Below, in pieces: positions 55,689 through 64,000 of a DNA stretch of 64,000 nt (its first letter is position 1; each line of letters begins with the position of its first letter). The notes beneath the pieces were generated by a model, which worked only from the letters and a program-made list of their open reading frames with translations, was not told the DNA's origin and ran no database searches. This DNA comes from a candidate division WS6 bacterium OLB20. Lineage in GTDB: Bacteria > Patescibacteriota > Dojkabacteria > B142 > OLB20. The stretch spans positions 402,263 through 466,262 of the forward strand of contig JYNZ01000003.1 in the NCBI GenBank assembly GCA_001567355.1, written 5' to 3'. The position numbers were made by a program, and so were the translations under genes.

Positions 55689-56889
55689 AGAACAGCATCT
55701 GATATCCCAGGTAAACGAGTGACAGTGCGAGCATTCCACCCATGAAGACCGTCTGCACTGTCAGTATAGCTTCGATCGAGTTGCCCCAGAAGAGTAACGC
55801 ACCGGTCTGTATCACCAGCGCGATCCCCAGCAGCGGAACGTATGAATCACGGTCCTTGCCGATCAGGTATGCAGAGATCTGATTGACACAGACAAACATG
55901 GTCATGATCACAGCCTCCAGAGGCAGATATGCAGGTACAAGTGCAAATTCCGACCCGAACACAAATTGGGTAATCGGGGCTCCGAGCAGTACAAAACCGA
56001 TAAAACTGCCGATGCCGATAAACATACTCATGGCCAACCCCTCTACAAGCAGCGACAGTTTTGCCCCCTTCTCTGAACTGATAGGGAACAGTGCCAGCGT
56101 TATCGAGTTAGCGAGATAAAAAATCAGCTTGCCGAAGGTGATCACGGCGCCGTAGATACCTGCGTCAGCTTCTGTCAGAGTGTTTCTGGCAATGATGGAA
56201 TCCGCAGTCAGCATAAGGTTGAGCACAATAAACCCTATCGAGACTGACGCCAGCAGACGCCGGCTGAAGATCTTTTTCAGATCTGTATCATAGTCCTTTT
56301 TATCTTCAATCCGTTCAGCCATGCGCCTGGCGAGCAGAAGTGTAATAAACGAGCTTACTGCCAGACCAAACATCACGCCCGAAACCCCGAGTCCCAGAAG
56401 AACAGCAGCAAATGCCGTTACCAGTTTGAGTACTGCCTCTAATATCTGGGTTGATGCCATGTCGCCAAAGCGTTTGTAGCCACGCAGTATTCCTCTGTAC
56501 AAGGCCAGATCCAGTCCTGTCAGTGCCAGAAGCGCAAGCATGATGAAGGGAATGATATTGTCCAGCCGCAGGAACTCACGCAGGAACAGCCAGCCCGCTG
56601 CGATAATGAAGACTGCAACCACAAGCTGCGCCTTAAACAGAACAGGACGCAGATTTGAGGTAAGGCCGGTGTCTCCGGCTTTACCGCCCGCGATGACCTT
56701 GGTGACCAGGTTGGACACCACCGTCTGCAGGATCGTAATAATAAAGGAAAGCGAAACCAGTGCGACCAGTTTGCCGAACTCCTCAGGACCGATAATCTTA
56801 CCGATCGTGTAAAAGACGAAGTTGAGGGCAGCTGAGACTATCGCAGCAACCGAAAATATCGCCGTGCCTTTCAGTAGCTGTTTAGACAT
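55660..56889 (-). CDS. MOP-superfamily polysaccharide/oligosaccharide flippase (Wzx-like).
   Basis: 409 aa, ~12 TM helices. N-terminal MSKQLLKGTAIFSVAAIVSAALNFVFYTIGKIIGPEEFG is typical of polysaccharide biosynthesis protein / Wzx N-termini. Confidence 0.7.
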   Translation of the reverse strand: MSKQLLKGTAIFSVAAIVSAALNFVFYTIGKIIGPEEFGKLVALVSLSFIITILQTVVSNLVTKVIAGGKAGDTGLTSNLRPVLFKAQLVVAVFIIAAGWLFLREFLRLDNIIPFIMLALLALTGLDLALYRGILRGYKRFGDMASTQILEAVLKLVTAFAAVLLGLGVSGVMFGLAVSSFITLLLARRMAERIEDKKDYDTDLKKIFSRRLLASVSIGFIVLNLMLTADSIIARNTLTEADAGIYGAVITFGKLIFYLANSITLALFPISSEKGAKLSLLVEGLAMSMFIGIGSFIGFVLLGAPITQFVFGSEFALVPAYLPLEAVIMTMFVCVNQISAYLIGKDRDSYVPLLGIALVIQTGALLFWGNSIEAILTVQTVFMGGMLALSLVYLGYQMLFYEPHHKPVR

Positions 56890-56919
56890 GAGTTGTGATT
56901 AAAGAGTTCCCGGTTTAGC

Positions 56920-57579
56920 TTACGCGTTACCTCTGCGTCGTGCTGCAAGCGCGAATGCAAGCAGGATAAGCAGAAGCAGGGATACGATACAGCATAGCAG
57001 GATTACGCCTGCGTTGATAGAGCTCAAAAAGCTCTCGCTGCGCTGGCCTACTGCCCAGTAAGGGAAGTTACCCGCCTCTGAATCATAGAAGAAGTAGATT
57101 GAACTTTCTGTCTTCTGTGCCGTGTTTTCGCGTGACCAGGTGTTGTCATCCTCATTAAAGGTGAACAGTGCAATATCGTCCTCACTGAGGTTATTGTCCT
57201 CGATCCAGCTCTTGCGGACCTTAAGCTCTACCTCTGTTGACTGGATATCATCTGCATCAATGCCGTCAAACTCAAGCTCACAGTATTCGAAAACGTTGTC
57301 GATCTCACCCGCATCAGGCTTGGGGTTTTCGTCAAGCTTGCGCAGAATGATCTCTCCCTTGATTGCGTTTTTAGCCTCAATAGTTACCTTGTCAATTGAT
57401 TCGCAACCGGTCGGAAAGAACGATACTCTGTCCGAAGCGGCAATATCGATGCCGTATACTTCACCGTCTTCACGGTATACAGGTGTAATCTGCTCTGTGT
57501 CGTACTGAGCTGATACTGGAGAAGCTACGAGAAAGCTGAAAACGATCCCGAGCAGAAGTGCTTTGGCACTGTTTTTCAT
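56920..57579 (-). CDS. Secreted protein with a C-terminal TM anchor plus basic tail. The central domain resembles the archaeal/CPR pre-PGF (S-layer-associated) beta domain.
   Basis: Signal peptide ..PVSAQ. Segment VELKVRKSWIEDNNLSEDDIALFTFNEDDNTWSRENTAQKTESSIYFFYDSEAGNFPYWAVG resembles, from memory, the pre-PGF consensus (..sWl..n.....v.lyRy.dg.W..L.T......FsA.tpgfS.fAv). C-terminus ILLCCIVSLLLLILLAFALAARRRGNA. Confidence 0.45.
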   Translation of the reverse strand: MKNSAKALLLGIVFSFLVASPVSAQYDTEQITPVYREDGEVYGIDIAASDRVSFFPTGCESIDKVTIEAKNAIKGEIILRKLDENPKPDAGEIDNVFEYCELEFDGIDADDIQSTEVELKVRKSWIEDNNLSEDDIALFTFNEDDNTWSRENTAQKTESSIYFFYDSEAGNFPYWAVGQRSESFLSSINAGVILLCCIVSLLLLILLAFALAARRRGNA

Positions 57580-57685
57580 TGGTATTCGCTGAACATGTAA
57601 AAAAACGGCAGCAGTTAATTATATCAAAAGTATAGCGATTCTCATAACAATTATAGGATATTTGAGACGCTGCACCCGCATACAG

Positions 57686-57716
57686 AAAAAGCCCCGTTCG
57701 CAAAGCGAGCGGGGCT
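57686..57716 (-). terminator. Rho-independent terminator downstream of groEL. It is bidirectional in form.
   Basis: Plus strand reads AAAAAGCCCCGTTCGCAAAGCGAGCGGGGCTTTT. A GC-rich stem GCCCCG/CGGGGC with an inner imperfect stem, flanked by an A-run and a T-run. Confidence 0.7.
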
Positions 57717-57740
57717 TTTAAACACTCTGTAAGCGGATAC

Positions 57741-59387
<1,647 letters not shown>

Positions 59388-59687
59388 TTAGTTAATAATC
59401 GCGAGAATAGCATCCTCACTCATGATGAGGTACTCCTCGCCGTCAACCTCTACCTCTTCATTGGAATATTTCTTGAAGAGAACGGTATCACCTACTTTGA
59501 CATTAAACGGAATTGTTTTGCCTTCCGGTGTTACACGACCTGATCCGAGAGCGATGATCTCGCCTCTTTGTGATCGTTCTTTGTCAACCGTGTCAGGAAG
59601 AACAATACCTGACTCTGAAACAGCCTCCTCAGTAACAGGTTTTACGAGGATATTGCCTCCCAGAGGCGTAAGTTTGGCTTGTGCCAT
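59388..59687 (-). CDS. groES: Co-chaperonin GroES (Cpn10).
   Basis: 99 aa. LTPLGGNILVKPVTEEAVSESGIVLPDT...GEIIALGSGR. Located immediately upstream of groEL. Confidence 0.95.
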   Translation of the reverse strand: MAQAKLTPLGGNILVKPVTEEAVSESGIVLPDTVDKERSQRGEIIALGSGRVTPEGKTIPFNVKVGDTVLFKKYSNEEVEVDGEEYLIMSEDAILAIIN

Positions 59688-59851
59688 TGAGGAAACAGTA
59701 ATAAATATAATATACGCTTCTTTGCAATAGACTGAACCCTTACCAGGGTAGAACGTAAGTCCTCAGCGTGTGATAGTTGGCAGCTAAGCAAAGAAACTGC
59801 TAAAAATACTACCTTCTGAACCGTCTTACTGTCAAGAGCGTATCGGGGATT

Positions 59852-60904
59852 TTATTCTTCTGCAGTAGTTTCAAAGGATTTTTCCACGGTAATCTTGCCG
59901 TGGTCAGAAGGGATCCGCTGCAGAAAGAACGGAATGTAGATAGGACTGTACCTGACAGAGAAATCATCAAGTCCGTCAATGCTATCCAGGTATTCGCGCG
60001 CCTCAGCCACACTTACACCAGCAATCGTTTCCTTAAGCTGCGCCTCGTCCAGATCTGCAGTTACACCCGCCTTTGAGCTGAGAGAAAATGTTGCCTGTCT
60101 GCCGTCATCACTGATCGAGATATCCCGGACGATGGGGTCAGTGACACTGATCGAAGCGCCTTCCGAGCTGTCATTGCGCTTAACAACCTCTTCGGCAACA
60201 GTCGAAAGGTCGGATTTCAGCACCGTCAGGGCACTGAGAGTCATTTTGATATCAACAGTAAATTTGTCAGCCTCCTTGCCTGCCTCAACAGAGCTCTTAA
60301 ACTCATCCTCTTTATAGGTCTGACTGCCCTCAAGCAGAATATCCTCCTCCGAGATCAGTCCGTTGACACTGTCCAGCAGCTGACGCTTCAGCTCTTCGAT
60401 AGCAGTGGCCTTGACAGCATCAATATCCTCCTGCGATACGACAACCACGTCCTCGGTGGTACCGCCTTCAATATCGCGGAAGCTGCGGGCAATCATCTGA
60501 GACGTGTTGTAGCCGGCGACAACGTAGTCAGCACTGTTATCAACGATATTGTAGTTTTGTCCGAACGATGACGCCTCCATGGGTACATCCTCGACACGGT
60601 CACCGGCGGGTATAGTAACCTCACGAGTGATCACGTACTTGAGGTCTGTGGAGATATTTGTCAGTGTCGTACCATTTGCAAGCGTGATCCCGTCATCCGA
60701 ATTATTGTAGATATCGACCAGACCGCGTGCCTTTTCGCCGCTCTGACCTGTTCCTGTCGCGTCTCCCTCTTTCTGGATCGAGCTTGTCTTACTGAGCAGG
60801 TTTGCCGGGATCTTAAGTTCGTCTGTATCAATCGTCTCCAGACCGGTTACAGCGCTGACCGTCTCGTTAACCCGCACCTCGTTTTCTGCAAACACAAGCG
60901 ACAC
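59852..60904 (-). CDS. Hypothetical extracytoplasmic domain (350 aa). It is probably the C-terminal part of one bitopic protein split by a homopolymer indel.
   Basis: Read upstream without stops, this frame encodes a TM helix (KKLLQAFAIGLLLFFLISYLFFPSV) directly before the annotated Met. It joins the 60934..61824 ORF if the minus-strand T5 run (plus-strand A5 at 60998-61002) becomes T6. Confidence 0.5.
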   Translation of the reverse strand: MSLVFAENEVRVNETVSAVTGLETIDTDELKIPANLLSKTSSIQKEGDATGTGQSGEKARGLVDIYNNSDDGITLANGTTLTNISTDLKYVITREVTIPAGDRVEDVPMEASSFGQNYNIVDNSADYVVAGYNTSQMIARSFRDIEGGTTEDVVVVSQEDIDAVKATAIEELKRQLLDSVNGLISEEDILLEGSQTYKEDEFKSSVEAGKEADKFTVDIKMTLSALTVLKSDLSTVAEEVVKRNDSSEGASISVTDPIVRDISISDDGRQATFSLSSKAGVTADLDEAQLKETIAGVSVAEAREYLDSIDGLDDFSVRYSPIYIPFFLQRIPSDHGKITVEKSFETTAEE

Positions 60905-60933
60905 TGTGACTGACGGGAAGAACAGATACGAGA

Positions 60934-61824
60934 TCAGAAAGAACAGGAGAAGACCGATAGCAAATGCCTGCAGCAGCTTTTTATTACCGCCACCGGCAAA
61001 AATCTACCCGCTGCAGCTTTCACCTTTTCTATCACCGGCGGGACTGCCGCAGCCTGGCGCTTTGTACGTTGTGTGCGTTTAGGTTCTTTTGGTGCCATCA
61101 TTGCTGTCAGATCACGTCCGATCAGTGCCTTTTTAGGCTGAGCCGGTGTGTCCTGTTTTGCATTATCCGCTTTGCGCTTCAGGTCTGCAAGGTTTTTACC
61201 CTGCCCCTTGAATGTCGCCTGCTCAACCTGGGGTTCGACAGGATCGATGCCTGAAATGTCGGGCTCTTCTTCAAGCCGTAAACGTTCGTTTTCCATCAGC
61301 TCGGGATTATCGGTGATATCTCCACCCGCAAACAGCAGTATTCCCTCAAGATCAACAGCTTTTACATCGACACGGGTCTCGGGCGCGACAGCTGTCTGAT
61401 CTTCCTCTTCAAGTACAGCCTTGACAGGCTCAGGTGCTATCTCGGGCTCGTCAGTTACTTTTTCCTCTTTGCGGGCACCCACCAGCTCATCCCGGACACG
61501 TTCCTTTTCGGACTGCTGCATCTGTTTTATCTCTTTAGCGCGTACCCAGACATCCTTTGTAACTTCGCTGATCTTACCGACCGCAACCAGTGCCGCCTTT
61601 TCAGCCAGGCGCCTGCCGATCTCGTCCTCTGTAACAAGCACTGCCAGCTTGGTGGTTCTGAGCATCTGCTTGGTCAGCAGTTTAAGCGAAACCGCACTGC
61701 TGACGAGTGCCGCATTTTTGGGCACAACCAGGATGGCGCGGCTCTCGGCTGCCTGAACGATCTTTTCAATCGTAAATACGATCTCCTCGTCAGGCTCTAC
61801 AAAGATTTTGTGTACGTTCGCCAT
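60934..61824 (-). CDS. Hypothetical cytoplasmic region (296 aa), probably the N-terminal part of the same split gene. It lies immediately downstream of the ftsA-like gene.
   Basis: Start MANVHKIFVEPDEEIVFTIEKIV... with charged E/K-rich middle. The ORF ends 6 codons after the homopolymer run, where the alternative frame continues into the downstream ORF. Confidence 0.5.
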   Translation of the reverse strand: MANVHKIFVEPDEEIVFTIEKIVQAAESRAILVVPKNAALVSSAVSLKLLTKQMLRTTKLAVLVTEDEIGRRLAEKAALVAVGKISEVTKDVWVRAKEIKQMQQSEKERVRDELVGARKEEKVTDEPEIAPEPVKAVLEEEDQTAVAPETRVDVKAVDLEGILLFAGGDITDNPELMENERLRLEEEPDISGIDPVEPQVEQATFKGQGKNLADLKRKADNAKQDTPAQPKKALIGRDLTAMMAPKEPKRTQRTKRQAAAVPPVIEKVKAAAGRFLPVAVIKSCCRHLLSVFSCSF

Positions 61825-61826
61825 TG

Positions 61827-63083
61827 CTATACCAGTTCAAGAATCATGCGGGCCAGTGCGAGCGGTGTCACATCGGCCGGATCAATAATACTGTCAGTCG
61901 CATCAATAATGTCTTCAAGCTGACCGGGAAACAGCATGCTGGTTTTCGGATACTTCCGAAACGGCAACACCTGCAGCCAGGGATGTTCCATCAGCACCTC
62001 GCGGATCTCGGGTAATGCCGATCCCCCTCCGCACAGGTAGAACTGTGTCGGGTAGCGTTCAAGATCATCAAGCTCTTCCAGTGACAGCTCGATACCTTCC
62101 GCCCAGATGGTGATGTCTTTTTTAAGTGCGTCCCGGACGCGCAGTTCCTGCTCTTTTGGCAGTTTGCCGTCAGAGTAGTCAATCTTCATCTGCTCAGCTT
62201 CGTGAAGCTCAAGGTCCAGATCCTTCTGGATACGTCGTGAGAACACTCTGCCGCCAAAGGCAAACATCTTGGTACCGATGATGCCTCCCTGATCAACAAC
62301 GGCAACATCGGTTGTGCCGCCACCCACATCAATGATAACAGCACTGAAATCCTTGCTGCGGCTGCCCTTGATCGCGCGCGAAATCACATACGGCTGCACT
62401 TCGATACTTAACACCTCGAGTCCAAGGCTGGCTGCGATCTCTTTAAGCGAATTGACATGCAGTGATGGTGCAAACGTCGAAAACACACGATAGGTCACTT
62501 CTGTGCCGGTAAACCCGAGCGGGTTGTCAACCTTGACCCCATCTATGTATGTCGCGTTGATCTTGCTGTTAAGTTCCTGAAGTGCGGCGACAGGGACACC
62601 GATATCCTCAGCAATATCCTCAACGGCATCAGCAAACGCCTGTTCCTTGACGTGCGCAATCACCTCGTTCATCTCTTCTTCGTCGATCTTGCTGTCGGGA
62701 TCCTCGCGCGTATAGTCGGCCATGATGGTTATACCCTGCACAAGCTCGCCCGCGATACCCATGATAGTGCGGGTCGGAATCGGAGTGCTTACCGGCTCCT
62801 CATCCTGACCTCTGCCCTTGTTGGCAACACGGTCGGCATGATGTAGAGCCTCACCGATAGCACGGTCACAGGCGCTTATCACCTGTTCGAGGTTGACAAT
62901 CATAGCACCCTGCATCGCACTTGAGTGCTGACGCACCTTGGAGTAGCCTCTGACGGTGATAGTCAGGTCAGAAAAATCCACCGAAAAAATGGCGGCCTTG
63001 ATAAACTCGGTACCTATGTCGAGTGCCAGGAATACATCATCCTGCGTCGTATTTTGTTTTTTACTTCGGAAGAACGGTAACAT
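61827..63083 (-). CDS. ftsA: Actin-like ATPase of the FtsA/PilM family (FtsA favoured).
   Basis: Phosphate-1 ALDIGTEFIKAAIF, phosphate-2/adenosine IIDVGGGTTDVAVV, C-terminal LCGGGSALPEI. 418 aa. Confidence 0.55.
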   Translation of the reverse strand: MLPFFRSKKQNTTQDDVFLALDIGTEFIKAAIFSVDFSDLTITVRGYSKVRQHSSAMQGAMIVNLEQVISACDRAIGEALHHADRVANKGRGQDEEPVSTPIPTRTIMGIAGELVQGITIMADYTREDPDSKIDEEEMNEVIAHVKEQAFADAVEDIAEDIGVPVAALQELNSKINATYIDGVKVDNPLGFTGTEVTYRVFSTFAPSLHVNSLKEIAASLGLEVLSIEVQPYVISRAIKGSRSKDFSAVIIDVGGGTTDVAVVDQGGIIGTKMFAFGGRVFSRRIQKDLDLELHEAEQMKIDYSDGKLPKEQELRVRDALKKDITIWAEGIELSLEELDDLERYPTQFYLCGGGSALPEIREVLMEHPWLQVLPFRKYPKTSMLFPGQLEDIIDATDSIIDPADVTPLALARMILELV

Positions 63084-63185
63084 TCAGTACTACATGAATT
63101 GCAGTACTTCACATAATACAGCATAGACATGATTATGTCTTGAAGATTGCTGACCTCTCTGTGGAAATATAAAGACGCGGGTGAA

Positions 63186-64000
63186 CTAGTTGGTATGAAC
63201 CACCGCGCCATTGGTCGGCATTGGCATAACCTGCAGAACAACACCTTCGTACTGGATATTGAACTGGATATCCTGGATGTAGCGTTCACTGGCGTCCCAG
63301 ATTGGTCTGACTATACTGTCAGCACTGATCCCGCCGGGGAACATTACTGCATAGCTGTCGAGAATGCTGGCAAAAAATTCCTTGCGGGCATGCTTCTCAT
63401 CAGTGTATCCCTTGACCCTCATCCAGATGCCCTTGTAGCGGTCAAATATATCCCCGATTGTCCTGGTGCCGTATTGTGAATCAGCAGAATCCGTAAGCGT
63501 GAATGTCTTCAGCTTGATAAAGCTTTTACCCTCCGGCTGGTCAAGGTTGATCCTGTCCAGATTTTCCTCGATTGTCTCAGGCTGAATGTAATGCAGCTGC
63601 TTTTCGTCACCTGTTGCAATCCTCAGAACATTTTCAAAGAAATGAAGCCCTTCCGGATCTCCGGTGCTGAGAATATCAGTAAAGATCGACCCGCGCGGCA
63701 GTACATCCAGAAGGTGCTGATAAAGCTCCATCTGGGCTGTGGTAAAGCCGCTGTCTTCAACAGGAAAAGCACGTATTCCGTCGCGGGCGCCGTTCTGGAA
63801 GTACTGTGTCACAGCACGCTGCACATAGAACACAGGGACATCCGGATCCAGATCCAATGCGTCAGAGCCCATGTCAAGCAGATTCAGGTGTCTGTACTCG
63901 ATACCGTGATTGCGTGAACGGCCGACTTCAAGCTTGTCCTCATCAACATCGACAACCATTGGTCGTGACGAGACGGCAAACTCGTATCCGGATCCGACGA
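63186..64000 (-). CDS. Hypothetical protein, 5' partial. The ORF continues beyond the window end.
   Basis: Open minus-strand frame with no stop between 63186 and 64000. No motif recognised. Confidence 0.45.
   Translation of the reverse strand, partial: VGSGYEFAVSSRPMVVDVDEDKLEVGRSRNHGIEYRHLNLLDMGSDALDLDPDVPVFYVQRAVTQYFQNGARDGIRAFPVEDSGFTTAQMELYQHLLDVLPRGSIFTDILSTGDPEGLHFFENVLRIATGDEKQLHYIQPETIEENLDRINLDQPEGKSFIKLKTFTLTDSADSQYGTRTIGDIFDRYKGIWMRVKGYTDEKHARKEFFASILDSYAVMFPGGISADSIVRPIWDASERYIQDIQFNIQYEGVVLQVMPMPTNGAVVHTN

Overview
This looks like one contiguous chromosomal stretch of a compact bacterial genome, about 50% GC, gene-dense, with most genes on the minus strand. I assigned housekeeping genes confidently: ftsH (5' partial), two tRNAs with CAU anticodons (one of them initiator-type), a tRNA with UAU anticodon, a Xer-like tyrosine recombinase, smpB, sbcD-sbcC, groES-groEL and an FtsA-like actin ATPase. 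The rest is dominated by envelope and surface functions. There is a VirB4/VirD4-family conjugative-type ATPase. There is a large membrane protein with a degenerate PP2C domain and an NHL propeller. There is a SpoIID/LytB protein. A large glycosylation locus has two paralogous GT-C-like polytopic membrane proteins, a GtrA-like small membrane protein, GT2, GT4 and GtrB/DPM1-like GT2 enzymes and a Wzx-like flippase, flanking big Thr/Pro-rich and lamin-tail-domain surface proteins. The most unusual element is an 8-gene minus-strand cassette at 33.7-39.2 kb. Each gene encodes a signal peptide, a two-helix hydrophobic hairpin with TrbC/VirB2-pilin-like topology, and a variable cysteine-rich ectodomain. 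Three of these genes are a near-identical ~615-bp tandem triplication whose exposed tails have diverged. Upstream and co-directional is a ClpC/ClpB-like AAA+ protein with a non-canonical N-terminus that may be membrane-anchored. Adjacent is a lower-GC island (~27.9-30.7 kb) with a class-II-terpene-cyclase-like QW-repeat protein, a polyprenyl synthase, a GAF histidine kinase and two tandem HTH-GAF regulators. Four genes (sbcC, the polyprenyl synthase, a 650-aa hypothetical, and possibly the Clp-like gene) are split by single-base indels at homopolymer runs of 5-6 nt, which looks like a sequencing artefact pattern. I found no rRNA, CRISPR array or IS element. The small-genome, surface-protein-rich gene content is reminiscent of Patescibacteria/CPR-like episymbionts, but that is inference only.
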